A stretch of DNA of 64,000 bases from an uncultured delta proteobacterium (lineage in GTDB: Bacteria; Desulfobacterota; Desulfuromonadia; Desulfuromonadales; JACZKF01). Under the pieces are notes generated by a model. That model did no database searches, had not been told where the DNA came from, and was given only the letters and a program-made list of their open reading frames with translations. Every line of letters starts with the position of its first letter. Positions within the stretch are counted from its first letter, which is position 1. A program made the translations under genes and the position numbers. Location of the stretch: the NCBI GenBank assembly GCA_963816395.1, contig CAWFKQ010000008.1, positions 1 through 64,000 of the forward strand, read 5' to 3'. Shown here piece after piece: positions 44,888 through 56,182 of the stretch.

Positions 44888-46302
44888 GTGCTGGTCGTCG
44901 GCGCCGGGCCGAACGGCCTGGCGGCGGCGATCGCCATGGCCCGCGACGGCTGGCCGGTAACGGTGGTGGAGGGCGCGGCGACGATCGGCGGCGGCGCCCG
45001 GTCGGCCGAGCTGACCCTGCCCGGATTCGTGCACGACGTCTGCTCGGGGATTCACCCCCTGGGCGTCGCCTCCCCCTTTTTCCGGGAACTGGCCCTGCAG
45101 GAGGAGGGGCTGGAATGGATTCACCCGCCGCTTCCCCTCGCCCATCCCTTCGATGACGGTACGGCGGCGGTGCTGGCTCGGGACCTGCGGGAAACCGGAG
45201 AGTCTCTGCTGCCGGATGCGGCCGCCTGGAGCGGCCTGTTCGCTCCCCTGGTCGGAGACTGGCTGCTGCTGGCGCCGGAGATCCTGGCGCCGCCGATGCA
45301 CTTTCCCCGCCATCCGCTGATACTCGCCCGTTTCGGTCTGACGGCCCTGCGTTCGGCCGCCCGGGTGGCGACCCGGCGCTTCCGGGGTGAGCGGGCCAAG
45401 GCGCTGTTCGCCGGGCTCGCCGCCCATTCTTTCCTTCCCCTGGAGCGTTTCGGTTCGGCGGCCTTCGCCCTGGTGCTGGGCGCGGCCGGCCATGCCGTCG
45501 GCTGGCCGCTGCCGCGCGGCGGCTCGCAGCAGATCGCCGCGGCACTGGCCGCCTGCCTGCAGGGGATGGGAGGGACGATCCTCACCGGCCGGCCGGTCGC
45601 CTCCCTGGCGGAACTGCCGCGGGCGCGCACCATTTTGCTCGATGTCACGCCGCGCCAGCTGCTGGCGCTGGCGGGCGACCGCCTCGGCGGCCATTACCGC
45701 CGGCAACTCGAGCAGTACCGCTACGGCCCGGGGGTGTGCAAGGTGGACTGGGCGCTGGCCGGTCCCATCCCCTGGCGGGCGGCCGATTGCGCCCGCGCCG
45801 GCACGGTTCACCTCGGCGGCACCCTGACCGAGATCGCCGCCGCCGAGCGGGAGGTGTGGGCCGGAGAGCACCCGGCGCGCCCCTTCGTCATTCTCGCCCA
45901 GCAGAGCCTGTTCGATCCCACCCGCGCCCCGGCTCGGCCGGCACACCGGCTGGGCCTACTGCCATGTGCCGGCCGGCTCCGAGCGGGATGTCAGCGGCGC
46001 CATCGAGGCGCAGGTCGAACGCTTCGCCCCCGGGTTTCCGCGACCTGATCCTGGCCAGGCACGTGCGCACTGCCGCCGGTTTCGAGAGATACAATCCCAA
46101 CTGCATCGGTGGCGACATCAACGGCGGGGTGCAGGATCTGCGGCAGCTTTTCGCTCGCCCGGTTGTCCGGGATATCCCCTACAGCACCCCCATCCCCGGT
46201 CTCTATCTGTGCTCCGCCTCCACTCCGCCGGGTGGGGGGGTGCACGGCATGTGCGGCTATCACGCGGCCCGGGCCGCCCTGCGCTGGCAGGAGCTTTCCT
46301 GA
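44888..46302 (+). CDS. Phytoene dehydrogenase-like FAD oxidoreductase (frameshifts ~45935-46035; start uncertain)
   Basis: VVGAGPNGL, HDVCS, GGDI, STPPGGGVHGMCG. Confidence 0.88.
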
Positions 46303-46330
46303 ACCGGCAGCGGCGGGGAAGGAGAGAAAT

Positions 46331-47726
46331 TTGCGCTGGCATGACCCCCACAAGGCGGGGCTGCGATTCGCCGTCCTGCCGGCGGCGGCGCTCCTTGCCG
46401 GTTGTGCCGTCTACCGGCCGCTGCCGCTGGATTCGGCCTTCCCCCCGCCGGATACAGCCCGCTCTGCGGGCGGCGGCGCAACAGCTGCGGCATCCCCTGC
46501 TCCCTCCCATCCCCTTTAACCCAGCCGACGGTCTGTCGCCCGACGAAGCCGCCGTCCTGGCGGTGGTCGCCAACCCCGACCTGCGCGCCTCAGCGGCAGC
46601 GCCGCGGAGTGGCGGCGGCGCAGCTGCTGCAGGCCGGCATCCTGCCCAATCCGCAGTTTTCCTACGGCATGGGCTTTCCCACCGGCGGCGGCGCCGGGGC
46701 GGTGACCGCCTTCGACCTGGGACTCAACTGGCAGATCTCCACCCTGCTGGGCCGCGGCGCGCAGATGGCCGCCGCCCGCGCCGGGGAACAAGAGGTCGAT
46801 CTGGAAATCGCCTGGCGCGAATGGCAGGTGGCGCAGATGGCCCGGCTGACCGTGCTGCGGCTGCTGGCCCTCGACCGCCAGCTGGCCCTGGTGGCAGCGG
46901 CGCAGCAGGAGCTGGAAGAGAGCCGGCGAGGCGCTGCGCCGCGCCGTCGAGCTGGGCGAGAAGACGGCCCCCGATCTGGCGGCGGGGGAGGCCGCCGCCC
47001 TGGAAAACCGCCTGGCCCTGCTGGAGCTGCAGCAGCAGCGGGAAAAGGAGCGGCTGCAGTTGAACCGGTTGCTCGGCCAGCCCGCCGCCAGGGAACTGCC
47101 GCTGCAGGCGGCGCCCGCCGCCGCCTGGAACCCTCTGCCGACCCTGGCGGAGGCGACCGCCGATCTGGAGCACCGGCGGCCCGATCTGCTGGCCCTGCGG
47201 GCGGGGTACGAGAGCCAGGAAGCCAGGGTGCGGGCGGCGGTGCAGGCTCAGTTCCCCAGGATCGAGATCGGTCTCACCGGGGCGCGGGACACCGACGGCG
47301 TACGCACCGCCGGTTTCGGCGTCGTCCTCGGGCTGCCGGTCTTCGACCGCCAGCAGGGGGAGATCGCCCGGCAGCGGGCGACCCGCCGGCAGTTGGGGGA
47401 GGAGTACGCGGCCCGGCTTTTCGACAGCGCGCTCCCAGGCGGCGGAGCTGCTGGCGGAGATGGCCGCGGTGCAGCGGCGGATCGCCGCCGCCGAAGCCAC
47501 CCTGCCGTCCCTGCGCCGGCTGGCGCAGCTCTACCGGCAGGCGGCCGCCAGCGGTTCCCGGGACATCCTCCTCTTTTACGGCGCCAGAAAGGATCTGACC
47601 GCCAGAGAGCTGGAGCTGAGCCGTCTGCGGGCGACCCTGGCCGAGCTGGGGGTGGCGCTGGAGACGGCGGCCGGACGCTACTTCCCGGCGGCAGCCGGCA
47701 ACGGGCGGCAAGAGGTGGCGCCATGA
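46331..47726 (+). CDS. TolC-family outer membrane efflux lipoprotein (several frameshifts)
   Basis: LLAGC lipobox, ANPDLRA, LPNP, RPDL, LPVFDRQQG spread across frames. Confidence 0.8.
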
Positions 47727-48793
47727 GGCGCTGGCTGCTGCCGGCGGTGCTGGTCGCCATCGCCGCGCTCGTCCTTTATCTTCTCTTCCGCCCTGCCCGG
47801 GAGCCGGAAAAACCGTCATCGGGCCTGCTGCCGGGGCTGGTCGAGACCGGCTCACCGCAGCAGCGGGAGTTCGCTCTTCATCTCCCCTGGCAGGGAGAGG
47901 TGCGCAGCGGCCGGACCGTACAGGTATTGACCCTGGAGGCGGGGCGCATCGAGGCGATGGAGGCGCAGGACGGGGCGACGGTGCGGAAGGGAGACCGCCT
48001 GTTCACCCTCGGCGGCCCGGCGGTGCAGGGGCGCCTGTCGGTGCTGCAGGCGAAGATCAAGGCCCTGCGCCGGCAGCAGGCGGTGGTCGGAAAGACGGTG
48101 GCCCGGGAACGCCGGGCGGTGGCTGAACGGCTGTCCGCCCGGGATAGCCTGGAGGCGGCCGAAGAGCGCCTGGCGCAGCTCGGCGGCAGTCTCCAGGAGG
48201 CGCAGCAGGCGCTGCAGACGCTCACCGACCACACCAGCATCCGGGCGCCCATCGGCGGGGTGCTGACCGGCCTGCAGGTCAGCGCCGGCCAGGCGGTGAG
48301 CGCCGACACCGGACTGGCGCGGGTGGTCGATCCGGCGGTGCTGCAGGTGTTCGCCACCCTGTTCCCGCCGCCGGGAGTCTCCCTGGTCGGGCTGCCGGCG
48401 GCATTCGACGGGGCGCCCGGCCTGGCGGCGACGGTGGCCGCGGTCCTGCCGGAAACGGGGCCGGAGGGGGGAACCCGTATTCGCCTGGAGGGGCCCGGCC
48501 TCGGGGGGCGGCTGCATCCCGGCCAGCCGGTGAGCGGGACGCTTGCCGCACCGCCGCACCGCGCCCTCGCCGTGCCCGCCGCCGCCCTGGTCTACAACCG
48601 GGAGGAGGAGGCCTTCGTCCTGGTGCATAAGGAGGACGGCGGATTCGATCCCCGGCCGGTGCGCACGGGGCTGACCGCCGGCGGCTGGGTGGAGATTCTC
48701 TCCGGGCTGGCCGCCGGCGAACAGGTGGCCACCCGCGGCGCCTACGAGCTGTTCCATCGGGACTTCAACCGCGTTTTCAAGGTGGCCGACTGA
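47723..48793 (+). CDS. RND membrane fusion protein
   Basis: N-terminal TM, lipoyl halves (VRKGDRLF, IRAPIGG), VEILSGL..GE. Confidence 0.88.
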   Translation: MRRWLLPAVLVAIAALVLYLLFRPAREPEKPSSGLLPGLVETGSPQQREFALHLPWQGEVRSGRTVQVLTLEAGRIEAMEAQDGATVRKGDRLFTLGGPAVQGRLSVLQAKIKALRRQQAVVGKTVARERRAVAERLSARDSLEAAEERLAQLGGSLQEAQQALQTLTDHTSIRAPIGGVLTGLQVSAGQAVSADTGLARVVDPAVLQVFATLFPPPGVSLVGLPAAFDGAPGLAATVAAVLPETGPEGGTRIRLEGPGLGGRLHPGQPVSGTLAAPPHRALAVPAAALVYNREEEAFVLVHKEDGGFDPRPVRTGLTAGGWVEILSGLAAGEQVATRGAYELFHRDFNRVFKVAD

Positions 48794-51700
48794 TGCGGGG
48801 GCTGCTGCGCACGGTCATTGCCAATCCCCTGGCCGTTCTGCTCGGGGCCGCGGCGCTGGTGCTGCTCGGCCTTTACGCCGCCGGCCGGATGCCGGTCGAT
48901 CTCTTCCCCAACCTGGACGTGCCGGTCGTCAACATTATCGCCCATTACCCGGGAGCGGCCCCCGAGGACCTGGAACTGCTGGTCACCCTGCCGATCGAGG
49001 GGCAGGTGCGCGCCATCCCCGGGGTGCGGCGGGTCTCCTCCGCCACGACCCTGGGAATTTCCCAGGTCACCGTGGAATTCACCTGGGGAACAACGGTGAC
49101 CGCCGCCCGCCAGCAGGTGGAGGGGCGCCTGGCGGCGACGCGCAACCTGCTGCCGCCGGGGGTCGAGCCGGTTCTGGAGAGCATCGGCACCACCTTGCAG
49201 GAAGTGGCCGGCTACCTGGTCATCGGCCCGGGCGATCCGGTCGAGCTGAGCAATACCGTGCGTCTGGACCTGACCACGCGGCTGATGGCCATCGAGGGGG
49301 TCGCCGCGGTGGCGGTGCTGGGCGGCGACCGGCGAGCCTTCCTGGTGCGGGCCAGCCCGCAGTCGCTGCGGCTGTCGGGAATTGCCGCCGGGGACCTGGT
49401 CCGCGCCCTGCGGCAGAACAACCTGACCGCCGTTGGCGGCTATCTGGAGCGGGGTTCCCGGGAATATCCCCTGCGCGGCGATGCCCGTCTGCAGACCCTG
49501 GAGGATCTGCGGGAGCTGCCGGTGACCACCGGAAAAGGGCGGGTTCCTCTCGGGGCGGTGGCGGCGGTGCGGGAAGGGCGGGTGCCCCGCCACTATGAGG
49601 TGCACGGCGACGGTCAGCCGGCGGTGGCCTTCTCGGTGCGCAAGCAGCCCGGGGCCGACACCCTGCGGGTGGCCGGGGAGGTTGACCGGGCCGTCGGCGA
49701 GCTGCGGCGACTTTTCCCCGCCGACACCCGGATCGAAAAATATTACGACCAGTCGGAGATCATCGCCGAGGCTCGCGACGAAATCGTCCGCGACCTCCTG
49801 CTCGGCACGGTGCTGGCGGTGCTCGTCCTTTATCTCTTCCTCGGCGCCCTGCGGCCGACCCTGGCGGTAGCGGCGACCATTCCGCTCAGCCTCATCGTCA
49901 CCCTGGCCCTGATGCGCCTGGCGGGGCTCGGCTTCGACGTCATCACCCTGTCGGCATTGACTCTGGCGGTGGGGATGATCATCGACGACACCGTGGTGGT
50001 GGCGGAGAATATTTTCCGCCACCGGCAGGCGGGAGAACCGCCGGCGGCGGCGACGGTGGCGGGTGCCGCGGAGATCGCCGCCGCCGACGCCTCAGGCACC
50101 TTCACCACTGTAGCCGCCTTTCTCCCCCTGCTGCTGATCACCGGCCTGGCCGCCCTGTTCCTGCGTCCCTTCGGGCTGACGATCAGCGCCGCCCTGCTGG
50201 TGTCCCTGGCGGTTTCCCTCACCGTCATCCCCTTGTTGTTCAGCCGCGGCGGCATCGCCCCTCCGGACCATGACTTTGTCGGAGCGCGTATCCTGCGGCG
50301 GCTGGATGCGGTTCTCCAGAGGGTGCTGTCGGGAGCCTTCCGCCATCCGGCATGGACCCTGGCCCTGGCTGTTCTGGGGTTCGGGTTGGCCGGGCTCGGC
50401 GCCTTTTCCCTCGGCCCCCCCGCCCTGTTGCCGCCTATTGACGAAGGAGCGATTCTCATCGAGTACATCCTGCCGCCGGGGACCGCCCTGGCGGAAAGCG
50501 GCCGGGTGGGCGGCCTGCTCGACCGCGTCGCCTTGGCCGAGCCGGAGGTGACGGCGGTCTACCGGCGGACCGGATCGCCGGCGGCCGGCACCCAGGTCGA
50601 AGGGGTGAACCGCGGGGAAATCCTGGTCAAGCTGGCCCCCCGCAACCTCCGCCAGAAGACGGTGGTCGAGATCACGGCCCGGCTCCGGCAGGCCTATGGC
50701 CGGGTGCCCGGAGTCGTCTTTCTTTTCCACCAGCCGACCCAGGAGAAGATCGACGAAAGCTTCTCGGGGCTGCCCGCCCTTTTCGGCCTGACCATCTTCG
50801 GTCCCGATCCGGAGATCCTGGCGGAGCTGGCGGCGAAAGCGGAAGACCTGCTCGCCGCCCAGCCGGCGGTGAGCAACATCGTCAACAATACCAAGGTGCG
50901 GGCGCCGGAGATTCTGGTCCGTCTCGATTACCGCCGGCTGGCGTTGCACCGGGTGATCGCCGCCGATGTCCTGACGGAGCTGCAGGCCTTGCGGGTGGGG
51001 GTGGAGGCGACGCGCATCGTCCGCCAGCGGGAAGAGATCAGCATCCTGGTGCAATTGGCCGGGGAGGACGCCGAGACCGTGACCGCTCTGGCGCACCTGC
51101 CGGTGCCGACCGCGGCGGGGGGCAGCGTCCCCCTCGGCGAGGTGGCGCAGATCGGCATTGGTGCAGGCGCCGACCGCCGTAAACCGGCTGAACGGCGAAC
51201 GGGAAGTGACCCTGCTGGCTGAGGTGGAGGGGAGTATCCCGTCGCTGGTCACACGTCTGCAGGAGCGCCTGCGCACCCTCTCCTGGCCTTTCGGTTACCG
51301 CTTCGAGTTCACCGGCCAGTACCGGGTGCTGCTGCGCACCGCCGGCGAGTTGCTGGCGGTTATGGCCGGCGCCGTTCTGCTCATCTACCTGATCATGGCC
51401 ATGCAGTTCCGCTCAGCCTGGCAGCCCTTCGCGATCCTGGCCACGGTCCCCTTTTCCCTGGCCGGCGCCCTGGCGGCCCTGGCGATCAGCCGGCAGGGGA
51501 TCGATGTTTCGGTGGGCATGGGGGCACTCACCCTGGTGGGGATTTCGGTCAACAACGCCATCGTGCTCCTCGACTATGCCAACCGGCGGGAGAAGGCCGG
51601 CCTGCTCCGGCAGCAGGCTCTGCAGGCGGCAGCCAGCGTCCGCCTGCGGCCGATCCTGCTGACCGCCACGACCACCATTTTCGCCCTGGTGCCGGCGGCG

Positions 51701-51853
51701 CTCGGCCTTGGGGTGGGGTCGAAGGTCTTTCAGCCCTTCGCCATCACCGTTATCGGCGGCCTGCTGGCAGGTACCGTGGTGACCCTGGTGGTGGTGCCGA
51801 CCCTGGCCGGCCTGAGGAGAGTAAGGAAGCGAGGTAGTGAGGGAGTCAGATAG
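48793..51853 (+). CDS. RND efflux permease (frameshift ~51160)
   Basis: DLFP, GMIIDDTVVVAENI, DEG, NNAIVL, RLRPILLT. Confidence 0.9.
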
Positions 51854-51894
51854 CGAGATAGAATTTACTACCTCACTACTTGCTAACTCACTGC
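51815..51894. repeat. Inverted octanucleotide repeat arrays overlapping the RND gene 3' end
   Basis: AAGGAAGC-GAGGTAGT-GAGGGAGT-CAGATAGC-GAGATAGA, then ACTACCTC-ACTACTTG-CTAACTC-ACTGC. Confidence 0.6.
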
Positions 51895-51907
51895 TTTCAG
51901 GAGACTC

Positions 51908-53264
51908 ATGCAGGACTTTCACGTTATCGGCATTCTCACCACCCTGGCGGCGCTGTTCGCCTATATCAACACGCGCTTTATCCGCCTGCAGATGACGGTG
52001 GGGCTGATGCTGCAGAGCCTGATCCTCTCCGGGGCGCTGATCCTGCTCGCGCAGTTCGGCCTGGGGCTGGAAAAGCATGCCGAGGAATTCGTGCAGAGTA
52101 TAAGTTTCAACGAATTCCTGCTGCAGGTCGTGCTCAGCTTCCTCCTCTTTTCCGGCGGGCTGTTCGTCGACCTCGAATGAGCTGAAGAACGTCAAGCTCG
52201 ATATCGCCCTGCTGGTGCTGGTCGGGGTGACCCTGTCCACCTTGCTGACCGGTTTCGCCCTGTACGGAATTTCGTTGTGGCTGGGGGTGAAGCTGCGGCT
52301 GATCTACTGCCTGATCTTCGGGGCGCTGATCTCTCCTACCGATCCCGTGGCCGTCCTGGCCACCCTCAAGCGCCTGGGGATCGGCGGCACGGTCGAGGCG
52401 CGTATTGCCGGCGAAGCGCTGTTCAACGACGGGGTGGGGATTGTCCTCTTTCTCACCCTGCTGCGAGTGGCCGGAGGGGAGGCGGGGAGCGGCTTCGCGC
52501 CGCTGGCGCTGCTCTTCGTGCGGGAGGCCTTCGGCGGGCTTGCCCTGGGCTGTCTGATCGGCTGGATCGGTTACCGGCTGCTGCGCCCCCTGGACAGCTA
52601 CCCGGTGGAAATTCTCATCACCCTGGCCATGGTCACCGGCGGCTACTCCCTGGCCCACCATCTGGGCGTCTCCGGTCCCCTGGCCATGGTCGCCGCCGGG
52701 CTGATGATGGGCAGCCATGGGCGCACCTTCGCCATGTCGGAGTTGACCGAGGAGAACCTCGACCGCTTCTGGGAGGTGATCGAGGAGGCCCTGAACGCGA
52801 TCCTTTTCACCCTCATCGGCCTGGAAATCCTGGCCTTTTTCCCGCATCTCAGCGGCGCCCACCTGATCGCCGGCCTGATCGCTATCCCCATCGTCCTGCT
52901 CGCCCGCTTTCTGTCGGTGGGCGGCATGTCTCTGGTCCTCTCGCCGATCAAGATCCTCCCCCGGTATACGGTTCCCCTCCTCACCTGGGCGGGGGTGCGC
53001 GGCGGGATCTCCATCGCCCTCGCCCTCTCCATCCCACAGGCGCCCGAACGCAGCGTGCTGATCGTCGCCACCTACATGGTCGCGGTCTTCACCCTGCTGG
53101 TGCAGGCGACGACCGTCGGTTACCTGGTCAACCGGACGGGTCGGCCTGCCGCCGGAGAAACCGGGAACAAGGGCCTCCCGAGTAGACGTCGTGCAAACCC
53201 CCTCCTCCTCGCATTCCCCTTCGGGAGGAGGAAAAAAGGGTGGTTCCAGGTCATTCATATGTAA
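51908..53264 (+). CDS. NhaP/CPA1 Na+/H+ antiporter (frameshift ~52175; C-terminus uncertain)
   Basis: FGALISPTDPVAV, GEALFNDG, SGPLAMV, GVRGGIS. Confidence 0.88.
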
Positions 53265-53635
53265 AGCACAGTGAGTTCGGGGAGCGCCAGCGTCTCCAGC
53301 AGATACTTGACCTTCACCCCGCAGCGGGTCGGCACCAGCAGGCAGAATTCGCTGCCGGTATCCTCGGCGTGCCGGTGGAAGGTGCGGATCTTCTCCTCGG
53401 TTTCGGCGGAAAAGAGATCCTCCTCCGTCTTGACCTCGAAATAGACTTTCCGGCCATCTTTGCAGGCCACCACATCGGGGACATGGCTCCCGCCGTCGCC
53501 CATGATCTCTCGCGGCCGTCCGGTGCCCATCACGTGATCGGCCTCGACATCATAACCGCCCTTGCGCAGGTTTTCGATCAGAGCGCTGATCATCAGGTAA
53601 TGCCTGGCTTCGGTAGCCACACTCGGGTTATCCAT
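53255..53635 (-). CDS. Small PD-(D/E)XK-fold protein
   Basis: VPDVVA...VYFEVKT spacing. Confidence 0.65.
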   Translation of the reverse strand: MDNPSVATEARHYLMISALIENLRKGGYDVEADHVMGTGRPREIMGDGGSHVPDVVACKDGRKVYFEVKTEEDLFSAETEEKIRTFHRHAEDTGSEFCLLVPTRCGVKVKYLLETLALPELTVLYI

Positions 53636-53708
53636 AAATTTTTCTCTCTTTGATTTTTGAGGGAAATTGGGCTGAAACAGGATAAGCGGATTGGCAACAG
53701 AAGGTTAA

Positions 53709-53803
53709 AGGCTACCTATCTTTTGCCGCTCGTCAAGGGGCAGGAAGAAACGGGTCCGGCCGCTCCGGCTCTCTCTTGACAGACGGCGCGAGGATGGTAG
53801 CGT
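53709..53803. promoter_or_regulatory. Back-to-back sigma70-like promoters
   Basis: TTGACG-N16-TAGCCT (minus, 53709-53736) and TTGACA-N16-TAGCGT (plus, 53776-53803). Confidence 0.45.
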
Positions 53804-53868
53804 TCCAGGCAATGTCGAAAAAACTATCGGAAAAACAAATTCTTACTTCATGAAGAGGAGGCTGGAAC

Positions 53869-55077
53869 ATGGCTTTTCATCCCTTTCGCGAACGCGGCAT
53901 CCCGATCGAGAAGCAGCTGCGCAACTGGCAGGAACTCAACGTGCAGCCCTACGACAAGCACGAGGTCCATCCCTACACCCGCTGCCGGGTGATCCTGATG
54001 AACGGCATCGAGGCGGAAGCGAACTGGTTCGGCCACCAGTTCGCCCGGCACTGCCTGGATCCGGACCTGAAGCGGCAGCTCGCCCTCACCCGGCGCATCG
54101 AACAGCAGCAGCAGAAATCGGTCAACTGGCTCTCCCCCGCCGACGAGAGCGTGCTGGAGATCACCATCGGCTATGAGCAGGTGGCGGTGGACCTTACCGC
54201 CTACCTGGCCCGCACCGAGCCGGACCCTTACGTCAAGGCCGCCCTCGATTTCGCCCTGCTGGAAGATTTCGACCATCTCTACCGCTATGCCAACCTGCTG
54301 GAGATGAGCGAGGGGAAAAAGGCCGAGCAGATCACCGGCCAGCTGACCGAGATCACCGTCGGCCGCCCGACCGCCAGGGAGCACCGCCACCCCTTCGACG
54401 ACGTGCGCCGGCATTACGACCGCAAAACGGCCGCCGCCCTGACGCAGCTGCATGCCATGACCATCGTCGCCGGCGAGCAGCAGACGATGAATTTTTACAT
54501 GAACGTCGGCAACCGGCCGCAGGAGATGGTGGGGCGCGGTCTTTACCTGGAAATCGCCCAGATCGAGGAGCAGCACGTCACCCATTACGAGTCCCTCATC
54601 GATCCCGGGGCTTCCTGGTTCGAGCGGCTGCTGCTGCACGAGTACAACGAAGTCTATCTCTACCATTCGATGCTTGAGCAGGAGGAGCACCCGCGCATCC
54701 GCCAGATCTGGGAGACCCACCTGGCCCAGGAACTGGAACACCTGCGCCTGGCCGGGGAGCTGCTGCGGCGGTATGAAAAGCGGGAGCCGGAAGAGCTGCT
54801 CCCGGACGAGCTGCCCGAACCGACCATCTTCCAGTCGAATATCGACTACGTGCGCGAGGTCATGGACCGGCAGACCGACTACAACGCCTTCGAAACCGAA
54901 TTCCTGCCGCCGGAAGAATATCCGCGCGACGGCCGCTACGAGGCGTACCAGGAAACGATGAACGCCGGCGAGGTGCCGAGCGAACTGGTCATTCAGGAGC
55001 ATCAGCAGCGCCTCGGCGGGGAGTATCGCCAGGAAATCCGGGGCCCGCATCCGGTCGAGCGCTTCCGCGTGCATTGA
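53869..55077 (+). CDS. Uncharacterised tandem ferritin-like protein
   Basis: Helical protein with repeated E...ExxH motifs (EDFDH, EEQH, ELEH); GAGGAGG RBS. Confidence 0.75.
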   Translation: MAFHPFRERGIPIEKQLRNWQELNVQPYDKHEVHPYTRCRVILMNGIEAEANWFGHQFARHCLDPDLKRQLALTRRIEQQQQKSVNWLSPADESVLEITIGYEQVAVDLTAYLARTEPDPYVKAALDFALLEDFDHLYRYANLLEMSEGKKAEQITGQLTEITVGRPTAREHRHPFDDVRRHYDRKTAAALTQLHAMTIVAGEQQTMNFYMNVGNRPQEMVGRGLYLEIAQIEEQHVTHYESLIDPGASWFERLLLHEYNEVYLYHSMLEQEEHPRIRQIWETHLAQELEHLRLAGELLRRYEKREPEELLPDELPEPTIFQSNIDYVREVMDRQTDYNAFETEFLPPEEYPRDGRYEAYQETMNAGEVPSELVIQEHQQRLGGEYRQEIRGPHPVERFRVH

Positions 55078-55090
55078 CCACTTCCAAATC

Positions 55091-55141
55091 GAGGACAGAG
55101 GACGGAGGGCAGATGCCCTCCGTTCTCGCATCTCGCGCCTC
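55091..55141. repeat. Inverted heptanucleotide repeat hairpin
   Basis: GAGGACA-GAGGACG-GAGGGCA-GATG / CCTCCGT-TCTCGCA-TCTCGCG-CCTC. Confidence 0.55.
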
Positions 55142-55281
55142 CTTCCACAGCCTTCCACCCCCAGCCGATTTGACTTATCTTAAGATGATGTTATCTAGTT
55201 GAAGTAGCGAAGGAAAATTTATCTGCAGGCGTATTTTTTCATCCAGTTTTCCCCATGAGAAAACGCCAGAAGGAGCCGAAA

Positions 55282-55692
55282 ATGGCCGAATATCAGGAAT
55301 GGGAAGCAGACCCGACGACCGGCGCTAACGTCGGCCGGTCCGGGGACGGAAATTACCGGGAAGCGGCAGAGCAGGTGAAAGAAGAAGCCAAACGCCGGGG
55401 GAAGGGGATTGTTGAAGATCAGAAGTTGAGTGTCTCCAATTCCTTCGGCAGATTCGCCACGACCTTGAAAAAAGCGGCTGGCGAACTAGAGGATCAGCCG
55501 TTGTTCGCCCGCTTGTTGCGCGGTGCCTCAGATGCCCTGGAGAACGTTTCCCGGAAAATGCGCGAGCGGGATGCCGGGACGCTGCTGCAGGAGGCGCAGG
55601 ACTTTGCCCGGCGGGAGCCGGTTCTGACGGTTGCCGGGACAATCGCAGTCGGCTTTATCCTGTCGCGCCTGTTCAAAAGCTCGCCGCGATGA
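55282..55692 (+). CDS. Hypothetical tail-anchored protein (DUF883/ElaB-like C-terminus)
   Basis: DFARREP...GF.LSRLFKSS; AAGGAG RBS. Confidence 0.75.
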   Translation: MAEYQEWEADPTTGANVGRSGDGNYREAAEQVKEEAKRRGKGIVEDQKLSVSNSFGRFATTLKKAAGELEDQPLFARLLRGASDALENVSRKMRERDAGTLLQEAQDFARREPVLTVAGTIAVGFILSRLFKSSPR

Positions 55693-55780
55693 CGATGCCC
55701 GCCGGGGCTGCCTCTGTGGAAAGCGGGATGGTCGGGCCCGGCGCAGGCCGCAAGTGAAACGGTTTGAAAGGAGATAACCG

Positions 55781-56182
55781 ATGGAACCCAATAAAAGAGA
55801 ATATGAGGGACGCACCCTGACGGGTCTTTTCGCCGAATTGACGCGGGAGATGACCTCCCTGGTGCGGCACGAACTGGCCCTGACCCGAAGCGAAATCGGC
55901 GAGAAAATTACCAAGGCGGAAACCGGGGTCATGTCCCTGGCCGCCGGCGGCATCTTCGCCTTCGCCGGGTTGCTGGTTCTGCTGGCGGCGGCGGTGATCG
56001 GCCTCTCTTATGTCTGGCCCGCCTGGCTGGCGGCGCTGGCGGTCGGGCTGATCGTCAGTCTTCTTGGCCTGATCCTGCTGGCCAGCGGTCGCAGCCGGCT
56101 GAAAGCGGAGGCGATGAAGCCCAAGCGAACGGCCGGCTCTCTGCGCCATGACTGGCAGATGATGAAGGAGCATGTGCGATGA
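55781..56182 (+). CDS. DUF1469/YqjE 'phage holin family' membrane protein
   Basis: LVRHELALTRSE, two TM, PKRT..SLR.D. Confidence 0.85.
   Translation: MEPNKREYEGRTLTGLFAELTREMTSLVRHELALTRSEIGEKITKAETGVMSLAAGGIFAFAGLLVLLAAAVIGLSYVWPAWLAALAVGLIVSLLGLILLASGRSRLKAEAMKPKRTAGSLRHDWQMMKEHVR

Noticed and set aside
55781..56182. Prophage suggested by the 'phage holin family' label
   Set aside because: No phage genes nearby; this family occurs in ordinary chromosomal cassettes
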